From: Lytechinus pictus
Taxonomy: Eukaryota
DNA length: 64,000 nt
Direction: 5' to 3'
NCBI RefSeq assembly: GCF_037042905.1
Contig: NC_087263.1
Location: 12,774,001-12,838,000 of the forward strand
The notes under the pieces were generated by a model. It ran no database searches. It worked only from the letters and a program-made list of their open reading frames with translations, and was not told the DNA's origin. Position 1 is the first letter of the stretch. Each line of letters starts with the position of its first letter. Below, piece after piece: positions 40,031 to 52,580 of the stretch. The position numbers were made by a program, and so were the translations under genes.

Positions 40031-41774
40031 CAGACATGGTGGCTAAGTGGTGATTGATTGATTAATTGGATTTCAAGTTCATCATAAGAACGGTATCAAC
40101 GGGGTGTCATGGGCGCGTTCCCTGACCGAGTCAAAGCAACGACTTTTAGAAATGGGGCCTTCTGCCTTCTAGCAAGGCACCGGGCTTATTATGAAAAGGG
40201 GATAGTCCCTGCTAAATGACATCACCGTTTCCCAAAAAGTGGAAATTTGTGAGCTATATCCTTGAAATAAACTATTATTACGTAACAGAACGATAAATAT
40301 CATGGACTCCCCCCCAAAAAAAAGGGGGGGGGCAACAAAATAAAGCCTTTTAACTTACATCCAGTGAGTGACGTCATCGACTCTGATCTGCATATCACTG
40401 AGTCGTGCTCATATCTGTTTTGTGAAAAATAAGCAAATCTTTAAAATTTATAAACTTTTATATCTAAGTCAAATCTGAATTTTCGGTGTTGTGATTGTTT
40501 CGTTTTTGTACTGATCCAGATAAGCTTTGGGGGTTTGGACTAGATCCGTTTGAACTTCTGCTCTGCCTTTCTTTTGGCGATAGTGACGGGATAGCTAGAG
40601 TGCTCTTAACAACGTCAAATGGCATCCTACCAGAAATACTGTGTGTGACTATCCTCCGTCAGTTGGAACAAGTTGGCAATGAATATTCGGCTCTCAAAGC
40701 CTCTTCACTTCTAAAATATACGCATATGAGGACAGATGTGGTTGTCTTTTTATAATCTTGAATTGTACATTTATATAATATCTTTTTACTTTTCCCATGC
40801 GTCATTGTACCTCCAGACGTCATGACACAATGTATATGACATAGGCAGTATACACACAATTTGATTATTGTTTTCCTTGAACACCCTAGGCTACTTTTAT
40901 TTATTTGAAAACTAAACTAATACTTCATCTCTCGTTCTCTCCTTCTCTGAATATTAAAATTTGCTTCTTTTAGTTTGTACTTATAGCAATATCGATTTTT
41001 GCTCCAATGCAACGTATTAACCCCGCCGCGCAACTTACGATTTGCCTGTGACTCGACTTTGAAATAAAACCCTATATACAACAATTTTTGTGAATATCAA
41101 ATCATGGAACAACAAGAGTAGAACTCTCTAACTCGATAAAAAAAGCCTTATGTTTTTTCCATTAATCTCTACAAAGGTAATAACTAATTCAGTTCAGAGT
41201 TGTATTGACGTGCCCATCTGAAGATTAGCTGCCATTTTAGCCCATAGGACCTATGACCATTACTGTGAACCAGAAAGCTTGCAGTATTTCAAATTTGTTT
41301 AAAAACTATCCTGAACCTTGAATGAGATAATTCTTTATGCAATGTTACCATCATAAAGAAAAAATGTTCAGCCTCCTGTTTCTTCCCAAATCGTACGCCA
41401 GTCGTGAAGTGGCGTCAGGCCTTAAGGATAAAAACGGCGCAACCAATATTTTAATTTTATTAGTCTATTATATTTAAAAATGATTTCCCTTTACATCAAC
41501 TTCAAATCATCACTTAATGGGCTACCGCACACCGCCGCGGCGAGCGGGTATAGATGGATGTTCATGGTGCGGCGGTTTGCTTATGAATTCGGATGAAGTC
41601 AGGGCCTTGCAGACTTTGTCATATTCGTTTTCAGTTGGCTACAGCAAGGCGCATATTGCCATATCAAGCAAGCACGATTCAAACGAAAATTTGCAACGTT
41701 GTGACCCCCACCCCTGAAAGAAAATTGGACGAACAACTACAATATAGGGCTCTGATTGCGTCCAACTGTAGAGG

Positions 41775-41960
41775 TATTGTGGCTCAGCAGTAGAGAAGTC
41801 TTCAATTTTGAACCAGAAGATCCGGGGTTCGTTTCCCACGTCGACACTCGCGTCCTTTGCCATGGCATTTATCTTCATTTGGCACTCTCCACCTAGGTGT
41901 AGATGGAGAGTAGGTACCCGGAAGGAAAGAATCCCTTAAATGCTCGAGCACGTGAGCAGG
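41775..41960 (+). mobile_element. tRNA-derived SINE
   Basis: GTGGCTCAGCAG A box, GGTTCGTTTCCC B box, body with GGTACCCGG. Confidence 0.65.
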
Positions 41961-42162
41961 GAATGTTACATATTATTATTCATTATTATCCAACTCCGTT
42001 AGCGTTCATTATGAACCACCACCAAAACGCGATTGTATGATCCCCCCTAAAGCGGAGTCCTCGGTTTCTTTCTCAAAAGTGCATGCCCAATTTTTATTTT
42101 AAAAATGTAAATATAATGCTCTCCTATTTTATCTCTTCTCACCCCCCCCCCAAAAAAAAAAG

Positions 42163-42322
42163 GATGCACAAGTACACGCAGCCTGTGAGGACGTTATCAC
42201 TTGGACTAAACCTCTGGTAGGTCGCAATCAGTCGGATTATATCCGCATTTTGAAGGAGAATACGACGATCATGAGCCGAACTTGTGTCGACAGTACAGCG
42301 CCTTGCAACGGTTATACTCCTT
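42163..42322 (+). CDS. Neurotrophin/Spaetzle-like precursor, coding exon 4 (cystine knot Cys I-III)
   Basis: Pyrimidine tract then aag|; donor T|gtaagt; 160 nt, phase 0/1. Encodes DAQVHAACEDVITWTKPLVGRNQSDYIRILKENTTIMSRTCVDSTAPCNGYTP. Confidence 0.88.
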
Positions 42323-42354
42323 GTAAGTATATACATAAATAGATAAATAAATAA

Positions 42355-42453
42355 ATGATGATGATAATAATGATGATGATAATGATAATAATAATAATAA
42401 TAATGATAATATATCACGAATAAAATACTATTACTACTACTTCTATCACTAAT

Positions 42454-42513
<60 letters not shown>

Positions 42514-42519
42514 TACTAT
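42355..42519. repeat. (ATR)n and (ACT)n microsatellites
   Basis: Direct inspection. Confidence 0.9.
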
Positions 42520-42614
42520 AATAATTATAAAAATAAAGTAATCAAGAGTGCCAAATATTCATAATCTCCATATGTGTTCAAAATGTATAGGCCCTAAATT
42601 CAAAAGAATTTGTG

Positions 42615-42830
42615 GGGGCGTCGTGATCTCGTCTTTCTATCTAAGGGACGTGGGTTCGAATCCTAGCCATGGCACGTATTCCTTCAGCACGAGATTAACC
42701 CATATTGTGCTACACTCAACCAAGGTGAAGTGAATGGGTACCCGAGAGGAAAATATTCCTCGAATACTCGAGCACCCGTTCGAATTAGCCATGCCAAAGC
42801 CGGGGTAATAACATTTATAATGTTAAGCAG
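42615..42830 (+). mobile_element. tRNA-derived SINE
   Basis: GTGGGTTCGAATCCTAGCCATGGC and GAATGGGTACCCG body. Confidence 0.7.
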
Positions 42831-43118
42831 GGCCTGCTGGGAGAACAGTTTTCGGAACTGAAGTGGTTACCCGGGTAAAGGATAACAATATTATTATTAA
42901 GAATTATCGAGTAATATTTGATTGATCTTTTTCATCGGGAGGATTGTTTTTAATTTGTAAAGACATAATATGACAACTGCAATCCTCGACAGAAACTTTC
43001 ATATCTAACAAAGATATCAGTGACAAATGTATTCTTGTAATATCGAGATATCGATATTTCGCAATGAGATATCGGAAAGAAAATTATAACACATTCATAC
43101 GTTATGAAAATGATGCGT

Positions 43119-43420
43119 GGGCGCGTCGTGGTCTAGTGGTTCTGACTCTGGCCTTTCAAACAGAGGGTCGTGGGCAGTAGCGTACCGTGAACCGCAGGAG
43201 ACAAAGCATTGGGGGGGGGGGGCACTGCATTGTCTGTGAACAATGCTTTGCCCCCCCCAACGCTTTGTCTCCTCCGAGTCACGGTACGCTACTGGTCGTG
43301 GGTTCGAATCCTAGCCATGTTTTCTTTCAGCAAAAAATTATCTACACTGTGCTGCACTCGACCCAGGTGAGGTGAATGAGTACCCGGCAAGATTAATTCC
43401 TTAAATGCACGAGTGCTGAA
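43119..43420 (+). mobile_element. tRNA-derived SINE interrupted by a hAT-like MITE
   Basis: A box GTGGTCTAGTGG near 43128; B box GGTTCGAATCC at 43301, after the insert. Confidence 0.8.
43175..43294. mobile_element. 120-bp hAT-like MITE
   Basis: TIR CAGTAGCGTACCGTGA / TCACGGTACGCTACTG with exact 8-bp TSD GTCGTGGG. Confidence 0.9.
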
Positions 43421-43483
43421 TAACAAGATTTATGAATAACTGGTCATTGCAACATCTAACATGTTATGTTGATTGAAAAGATA

Positions 43484-43687
43484 TACTGCAAAAACTCCGG
43501 TGTTGATTTAACACCAGCCCGGGATCTATATATGTCCACACCAGAATAGAATTGAAACAACACCAGTTTGGAATACTAATTGGTGTTGTATAAACACCTA
43601 TCTGGTGTTAGACCAAAACGAAACTGGTGTGGACATATATAGACTTCTCCGGCCTGGTGTTAAATCAACACCACATGTTTTGCAGTG
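43484..43687. mobile_element. CACTA-like MITE
   Basis: (T/C)ACTGCAAAA..TTTTGCAGTG termini, internal GGTGTTGATTTAACACCAG inverted repeats, TA on both flanks. Confidence 0.7.
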
Positions 43688-44575
43688 TAGGTTTTGAGTC
43701 GATTTTTAAATACATTGATTGTAGGAGAATTCTGAATGTGGACGGGGAGATTATTGGCTTACTATCCTCGCACTAAAATAGAGCATACATGTATTTGACA
43801 TTAGATATTATTTTTTACTTTTCGAGGGAGTGTGTGGCGACCAAGCAAAAAAATTTCGAATTTGAAAAGAAACACCTTTAATTTTAGAGCACTTGACGAC
43901 ATGAATTCTCAATAGGATTGTATTATGATTTGATTGTATTATGTAATAATATATATTATGTATATAAGACCTACATGCATGTGTACATTTTTGGGAGGGC
44001 ATTTTTTTTTAGGGGGCGGGGGTGGTTGCTGTGGAACCACGCCCCATACTGCTATAGATTCTGAAATCTGTAAATAACATCCCATTAGCACGTACAGAAC
44101 TTTCCAAGCAGTGCATGTGACAACAGAGCTTGACCAGTTAAAATGTACCATCGAACCCTGAATATCCGGCACGAATTATGTCATTCATATAAGCACTTGG
44201 CGAACTTTTTAATTATCCTCCAACATCCAAGCCCCATTACGTGCAAGGCTTCTTGTCCTCCAAGTACCCATTGCCTTTTACCGTCAAGAGCCGACAATCC
44301 CACAATTGACTTTATCCTGTGACTCGGAATTTTGAGAGAGTTCATTAGTGCATATATAAAGCAGATCGTCAATGTCTTTACGATTTTAGGATCTACGATT
44401 CTGATGAATAGATTGAAGGAACAAAAGGAAAACGCAGAAAAATAGTAATATTGAGTTGCGGTAGTGTTTAGCATCACAACAAATCCTAAGAAAATCAAAC
44501 AATTTACGAAGTGCCTTACGTTCACAGAAAGAAAATATGAGCATAGGTTTACTTAACATGTATTTTGTAGAATAT

Positions 44576-47500
44576 TATGAGGCGCCGATTGTACCAATAT
44601 TATATAGAACAATTATTTATTAAATAATCATTATTTATTAAATAATAACTATTATTTATATATAATTTACATTTTATTTGTAAATAAATACTATTATATA
44701 AAACAACATTTCTTATTATTTATATATAATTCCAAGTAATACTTCATTATTTGTAAATGATAATAGTTCGACATTCCATTATTTATAAATAATGATTATT
44801 TGTTTTTCATTATTTATAAATAATGATTATTTGTTTTTCATTATTTACAAATAATATTTATTTGTTTTTCATTATTTATGAATAATGATTATTTGTTTTT
44901 CATTATTTGTAAATAATGATTATTTGTTTTTCATTTTATATCAATAATGATTATTTGTTTTTCATTATTTATAAATAATGATTATTTGTTTTTTATTATT
45001 TATAAATAATGATTTTCGTTTTTCATTATTTTTAAATAATGACACTACATACTTCATTATTTATAAATAATTGCAATTCGTTTTTCCATTATTTATAAAT
45101 AAGTTTTCTATTATTTATAAATAATAATTATTTATTAACAATGCCAGTGCACATTTCTTTCTTTATAAATAATTTGTTGAGTTTTCCATTATTTATAAAT
45201 AATGATTATTTGTTAAATAATGAAAACGTCTACTTCATTATTTATAAATAATTTTTTCGAGTGCACCATTATTCTCATTATTTATAAATAATCATTATTT
45301 AATGTTCGAGTTTTCCATTATTTATAAATAAAGATTATTTGTTAAATAATGACTTATTTTTATTTATTTATTTTTTTATTTATTTATTTACCACTTGTGG
45401 GATGGAACACCCTATCAGCAAGTGCTGTTTTTCGTAGGGGTCCATACACACAACAATAAAAAATGTACAATATACAATCAACCATGGTAATGACAAAAGC
45501 ACAAGCACAAAATCATATGACATAAATCATAAGAACATACAATAATGGCGAAAGAAACAAAATACAATATGATAATAAAAGCAAAATATATATAAAAGCA
45601 AAATGGGACTAAAAGAAAAAAAAAGTGTAAACCAATAGAAAAATAACTTAAAGAAAACCTAAACTCAAGCAGGGGCAAAGGGATTAAAATGAGGAGGGAA
45701 AATGATGCAGGCGTTGCTAACAACAATAATCAGGATGAGGGGGGATGAGCATGTTTTTAAGATGTGTTTTAAAGGAATATAAAGTGATACAAGGGGGAAT
45801 TTTCTTTTCAATAGAGTTCCATATTTGGGCACCTCGGTAGACGAAGCATCTTTTACCATAATTCGTCTTTGGATGTATTAACCTTAATTGGGTTTTTCCA
45901 GATCTGGTATTATAGGGTGTGTTACGAATGGAAAATGTATTGCAAATATAATCAGGAGCAAGTTTGTAGACGGCACGATACATAGAAATTCATTATTTAT
46001 AAATAATGAAAATTCATCGTGTTTCATTATTTATAAATAACAATTTTGTTTCAATATCCCATTATTTATAAATAATCATTATTTATAAACAATTTTTACA
46101 GTTTGCCATTATATAAAAATAATCATTATTTATATACAAATAACCATTATTTATAAATAATGGAAAACTCGCTATAACATGCAAATATGGGACCGCCCAT
46201 GATATGAATATTCATGATACGATTTCCTTTTTCGTGATTTTTCTTCACAAATTTTTGTCCATTTCCTCTTCATAATGACATTTCTTGAAGCAATTTTCTA
46301 GGGATATGGTCTGATTGTAATATTCTTCATTTTCTATATAACTTCGTCTTCGTAGAAATATCAAAAAGTGTAATTTTATACGATTTTTCCTACAGTTCAC
46401 ATCCCCATAGGCGCGCGTGTAATTCACCTTTTCCATCGTAGGGACAACCGGTGAATCGACGGAGTGCTCTTCATCGAAATACTACGTTGGTTGGTCCCCG
46501 GAAGTGGCGGGCGGAATTTAGCCCGAATCCTCGATGGAAGTGGATCAAGTGCATATGAGCTGAGAGAGTGAAATATCAGTGTACGTGCATCAGTCCCTTC
46601 TACTTTTTATAAATATTTCTTGTTGCTCTTTTTGTTAAGTTAATTTTTCCTGGTGTAGAGATAAGTTTCAGTTCTAATAATGCACTTCAAATACATTTTG
46701 GAGTGTCTTTTTGTGGCGTTTGGGGCGATTCCACCCTGGCCCCAAAATGCTCACAATGACAATACGGGGGCATGATGACCCCTAAATTTTTAAAAACTTA
46801 GTTTTCTATAGAAAATTATCACAAAATTCACCAAAAGTGTGCACGAAATTTGCCTTCGTATTTCACTTTTAAAACTAAAAAAAGTGCCCAAATGACAAGC
46901 TTGGTCGCTTCGCTGTGTCGCTTTCAACTTGAGAACGTTTACGCGTCTGCCCTCCCCCCCCTCCTCCGAAAGAAATTCTTTATACGGCCATGCTCTAAAG
47001 AGCCTGGCACATTGATTTATGTATACTTTCATTTTCATTATTTTTATCTCAATATCATCATGGCCTAACGCAAATTTTTTTCCGGGGGGGGGGGGGGGGG
47101 AGCATGACGCGCGTAAACTTTCTAAAAAAAAATATTGAAAGCGAGAAAGCCATGCGACCAAGCACAAGTATTTCGATGAAGAGCACTCCGTCGATTCACC
47201 GGTTGTCCCTACGATGGAAAAGGTGAAATACACGCACGCCTATGGGGATTGTGAACTGTAGGAAAAATCGTATAAAATTACACTTTTTGATATTTCTACG
47301 AAGACGAAGTTTTATAGAAAATGAAGAATATTACAGTCAGACCATATCCCTAGAAAATTGCTTCAAGAAATGTCATTATGAAGAGGAAATGGACAAAAAA
47401 TTTGTGAAGAAAAATCACGAAAAAGGAAATCGTATCATGAATATTCATATCATGGGCGGTCCCACATTTGCATGTTATAGCGAGTTTTCCATTATTTATA

Positions 47501-48460
47501 AATAATGATTATTTGTATATAATGGCAAACTGTAAAAATTGTTTATAAATAATGATTATTTATAAAATATGGGATATTGAAACTAAATTGTTATTTATAA
47601 ATAATGAAACACGATGAATTTTCATTATTTATAAATAATGAGGTAGATAATTCATTATTTAACAAATAATCTTTATTTATAAATAATGGAAAACTCGAAC
47701 ATTAAATAATGATTATTTATAAATAATGAGAATGATGGTGCACTCGAAAAAAATATTTATAAATAATGAAGTAGACGTTTTCATTATTTAACAAATAATC
47801 ATTATTTATAAATAATGGAAAACTCAACAAATTACTTATAAATAAAGAAATGTGCACTGGCATTGTTAATAAATAATTATTATTTATAAATAATAGAAAA
47901 ATTATTTATAAATAATGGAAAAACGAATTGCAATTGTTAATAAATAATGAAGTATGGAGTGTCATTATTTGTAAATAATGAAAAACGAAAATTAATCATT
48001 ATTTATAAATAATAAAAATCAAATAATCATTATTTATAAATAATGAAAACAAATAATCATTATTTATATATAATGAAAAAAAAAATCATTATTTATATAT
48101 AATGAAAAACAAATAATCATTATTTACAAATAATGAAAAACAAATAATCATTATTTGTAAATAATGAAAACAAATAATCATTATTTATAAATAATGAAAA
48201 AACAAATAATCATTATTTATAAATAATGAAAAACAAATAATCATTATTTATAAATAATGGAATGTCGAACTATTATCATTTACAAATAATGAAGCATAAC
48301 TTGGAATTATATATAAATAATTAGAAATTTTATTTTTTATAATAGTAGTTATTTACAAATAAAATGTAAATTATATATAAATAATAGTTATTATTTAATA
48401 AATAATGATTATATAACAAATAATTGTTCTATATAATATTGGTACAATCGGCGTCTCATA
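44576..48460. mobile_element. Non-autonomous foldback DNA transposon, IS3EU-like, with ~1.3-kb inverted arms
   Basis: Termini TATGAGGCGCCG..CGGCGTCTCATA and 6-bp TSD GAATAT (44570-44575, 48461-48466). Arms 44576-46483 and 47167-48460 are built from CATTATTTATAAATAATG palindromic subrepeats. Confidence 0.85.
45353..45986 (-). mobile_element. 5'-truncated L2/Crack-type LINE inserted in the left foldback arm
   Basis: ORF 45717-45983 (MYRAVYKLAPDYI..YNTRS..GAQIWNSI..SFKTHLK) is an ORF2 C-terminus, followed by a 3' UTR and (TAAA)n tail. It is absent from the right arm. Confidence 0.88.
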
Positions 48461-49133
48461 GAATATAAGTCTATTATTCATCATGTTTATAATAATTTGT
48501 TAAACTATTCATTCCAGAGAGCTATCATAAAACACGACAGACTTTGCTTTACTTAGTGATTTTTATGATTTTCACATATTGAAAACAGAATGAAGAAAAT
48601 GTGTATATGTGTACTGAAATGTAAAATATGATCATATTAGAAAGTTAGTAATACCTATTTATTTCATGAATTGTAAATAGGTAAGACATTCTGAAAAAAA
48701 AGTGAAAACTATTACTTATACCATCATTTAACTAAACAACTGTCTCTCAAAATTTTTACTCCCATTATAATCGCAACATGGTTTAATTCCTTTCCGTTCT
48801 CTATTGTTTAGTAAATGAGATTACTTAAGTTTCGATTTCTTAAGTTACAGTCTGTTAATTTTATTTTCATTGGTGCGCGGTGCATGCAGTGGGTTGCTGG
48901 CTGCTGTTCCAGTATGTAATAGATCTCGTATGCGAGCTGTGTTTGTGTGCTACATCTAATTCTTCTGAATGTCACGTGACTCACATTCATCCAATCAGGT
49001 GTCAAGGATGTACGTGTTGTATAGGATGTAATAAACCACATATGATAAAACATTTCATTACACAATATTAACAACTTTATATCAGTATTATTAATCAAAT
49101 TGATAATATTTATTCGTATTCTTTGAAATACAG

Positions 49134-49303
49134 GTAGACCACTTAGGCCTATGTATCCATGGGAACGGAGGGTGGAATCACGCTGTCAGCAATTGTATGG
49201 ATATGTACTAGTCCCGGTCGTAAAGTCAGCCACCAGAAACGGCATCCAGTACGATTACGACTACATAAAGTATAACATGGCATGTAGTTGCGCCATACTA
49301 TAG
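49134..49303 (+). CDS. Neurotrophin/Spaetzle-like precursor, terminal coding exon (Cys IV-VI, CxC)
   Basis: ctttgaaatacag|; the phase 1 join T+GT gives Cys. Encodes CRPLRPMYPWERRVESRCQQLYGYVLVPVVKSATRNGIQYDYDYIKYNMACSCAIL*, with TAG at 49301-49303. Confidence 0.88.
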
Positions 49304-49738
49304 GATATTGTTAACACCTTGTTCCCACTGTCACAATTCGCGTTACCAATGTAATATGGGTGTTAATCGTGGAATAACCGTAGAAATCGTATCAGATCGT
49401 ATGTCAGATCAGTCGTGGCAATCGTATTGATCGTATAAATTTTTTGAAAGGTTCAAGTTTTTCAAGATCTGCTACGACAAGCCAATAGTGGCGTTCGTTA
49501 CGGATCGCATGGCAATGAGAACGGGGTATTACATGTGACTTTGCCTGAGCATGTCAAGATATACATTTGGTCTTTAAAATGGTCTGTTAAATGCAATATA
49601 TATACATATATATATCTATATGTGTATGGGTGTGTGTGTGTGTGTATATTTCAACGTTTGAGAAACTTTTTTCGGATGCATAATAGCTCCAGTGTAGCAC
49701 TTTTTTCCTTCTGCATGTACATATTGTGGTATATCAAA

Positions 49739-49910
49739 CACTCTAAAAAACGAATAGCTAATTAAAAAGCGTGTATAGTGACTGCACTTCGGAGTGCTGA
49801 TTTGTCTAGCTCAAATTTGAACGCGGAAAATCAACACAATGAAGTGCAGTCACTATACACGGTCTTTAAAAGCTAAACTAGCTCTTCGTAGCTCTTCGTT
49901 TTTTAGAGTG
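49739..49910. mobile_element. CACTA-like palindromic MITE
   Basis: CACTCTAAAAAACGAA / TTCGTTTTTTAGAGTG termini and internal GTGTATAGTGACTGCACTTC inverted repeat. Confidence 0.7.
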
Positions 49911-50109
49911 TGTATTTTGATTATCTGAAGGTTTGAACGTAAAAATATACACAAGTTATAAAACGCAGTAAACACAAAATAATATTTGCAAAATAAAAGG
50001 CAATATAATTTCGGTGGCAGTTCAATTATGCTAATTATATTTGCCTCTTTACATCCTCTCTTTCAAAAATGTAGTGATCGTTATATCAATTATTTTCTTT
50101 TATTCTTAA

Positions 50110-50687
50110 AGGGGAATCCAGCCTTGGTCATAAATGTTGTGTTCGAAAGAAGGAAAATAAATAAAACAGAATGGTAAGAGTTAGTAAGAAATCGGACAAG
50201 CAATAAGAAAGTTGTGGCTGCTTTGAAATTGAATGAGATCTCTGAGACTATGCAAATTTCAAATTGGCAACTGGGTAAGTACATTGTGGTAAGAAGTAAG
50301 GATAACTTTATCATAATCCATGTACTTAGTTGTCAAGGATTTGTGGTTTTATCCTATTAAAAAGTAATCATTCCCCTGGGGCAGTAATATAACACAGGTA
50401 GTATATTGCTTTATGTCATCATGAAAGAAAAATATAATTTATAGTAAATCTTTTTAAAAAGATGACATTTTAGCCATTTTATGCATTGGAGTACATGAAA
50501 GAGTAGTCATTGCCATACATCACTATGACATCACATATGCGGCCAATTTGAAGTCTCCATTGGTATAGTGATTACCAATTAAAGATTATAACTTTCTAAT
50601 TGTTTGTCCAATATTGTTCAAACTTTCATTTATCAACTTGTCTGTATTTTCTTTTTCCTCTAGTTTTTATTTGGGTAGGATTCCCCT
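50110..50687. mobile_element. Kolobok-like MITE
   Basis: TTAA-AGGGGAATCC...GGATTCCCCT-TTAA. Confidence 0.75.
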
Positions 50688-52097
50688 TTAAAAATAGAGT
50701 GATTTTTTTTTTACTCATAGAAATCGCAAGGAAAAACTTTTATTGTTCTTAATGAAAGTTCTCGAATTCCTATAAACATGTAGTAATTGAATGTTAGAAG
50801 ACCTGAAATTTAAGCCCTATACAATACATAAAAAAGATATTATATGTATTATGTACATGTAATTTAGATAGATTAAATGTACATTCTACCCATTTTGTCG
50901 ATCAGATTAATGGCATGATGTACGATGGTATATACTTAAAAATTAGTGAACCCCACTAGAAAAAGGAATATATTTATAATAAAATTGTTCAAGTTCTACC
51001 AAGTTTTAGGTATTTAATTGCGAAGTCAATTGGTTAAATATTACTTTCAATAGAGTTTGTTTCTCTGGCCTCGTCGATCATTGTAGGGCCAATGTCACCA
51101 TTCCACACCAGCATGGAGGCGTGTATTTGTGGTGGGGTTTACTACCTTTTGGGCACAACTGGTACATGATTGAAAATGCAGAGGGTTACTTTGTTTTTCG
51201 TGTACCGCTTAATGGTAATCATCCATCCTTTTCATTATAATTTTTGAGATGAAAGAGACAAAAAAAAAGAGCGGGTTTCCCATTTAGAGATGCATGTAAT
51301 TATAACTTCATTCAGATGAAATGACGTCAGTGGCCCTAATAGCCACTCTTGAGGCTCGTAGATAAGAGACAGAATCAAATATTCTACTTCTAAAATAATG
51401 AAACTTGCATGGATCCCGCGGAATTTGTATTTTGTAGCTTATAAGGTTTCGAGTAGGGTATATTTTATCATTTTTATAATTATTTAGTTCCAGTAAAATT
51501 AGGTTTCGAGTAGGGTATATTTTATAATTTTTCATAATTATTTAGTTCCAGTAAGATCATTAAGTATGCTTTATGAACTTGATAAAGTTTTTTCAACTCT
51601 AAAGACCTCTTGCGTTTAGATTTTTGTCCATACTTAAGAGATACAATTGCCGATATTGCTCTTCATATAATTGATAAATTTTGTTTCTCATTTCGGTGTC
51701 GGAAATGGTGACATTTTAATGGTCCTCTGTGTGTCTGGCTAGAGCTCTTGATGCTATCACTTAAGTATTCAATGTATTGATAAATAAAAAAAAGGATAGC
51801 AAGGAAATTAATATCGTTAGCAAAGTGAATGGGACAAAGTATTACCTATGGCGGGATCATGATGTACGTCACTTTCAAGAGCGAATGTAAAAGGTGGAGG
51901 TGATCTTAAATGTGCCTGAACAAAATCAAAATGCGGTTCTTCTGTTTGTAGTTTGCATTTATATGGACTTTTCAAATTATTTGATTTATTATGAAAATTC
52001 AATCACAGTTGAAAAGGTGCGCAGCCCCTTCACCTCGTATATGATTATCACTTTGAATTAAATGAACGTGCTTTCTGATGCTATCGGAAATACTTAA

Positions 52098-52580
52098 AGG
52101 TAAAGTCCACCCCAGAAAATTGTTAATTGAATTGATGAAGAAAAATCAAACATACATAACGCTGCAAGTTTCATCGAAATCGGATGTAAAATAAGAAAGT
52201 TATGTCATTTTAAAGTTTCGCTTATTTTTCACAAAACAGTTAAATGCACAACTTAGCGATATGCAAAGAAGATTCAATTCAATTCAATTCAATTCATTTA
52301 TTCAACCATCATCATGTACAAACAATTTCATAAATACATACCAATATAGATAATATACAAATACTAAACTTAATAGAATGATGAGAGTCGATGATGTCCA
52401 TCACTCACTATTCCTTTTGTTATCTATTGTTTGAATTATACAATACTTAAATTTTTACAATTTTAACAATAAGAACCAACTTAAGTTAACCATAAACTGT
52501 TAAAATAATGGCAATTCCACATATTCAGGAAGAAATACAACTTTGTTTCACTTGACAGGGGAGAAAATGAGAATTTTTCA
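52098..52580. mobile_element. Truncated Kolobok-like MITE with a short (ATTCA)n L2-tail insertion (~52272-52385)
   Basis: Similar to 33503-34095; the insert matches the tail at 32069-32165. Confidence 0.65.

Noticed and set aside
40584..40740. Open frame DGIARVLLTTSNG... after an AG in intron 3
   Set aside because: Phase 2 start is incompatible with the flanking phase 0 exons, the donor is weak and there is no recognisable homology.
46245..47505. Paired ORFs (..VNCRKNRIKLHFLIFLRRRS..) on opposite strands
   Set aside because: They are the two arms of the foldback element and show no recognisable domain.
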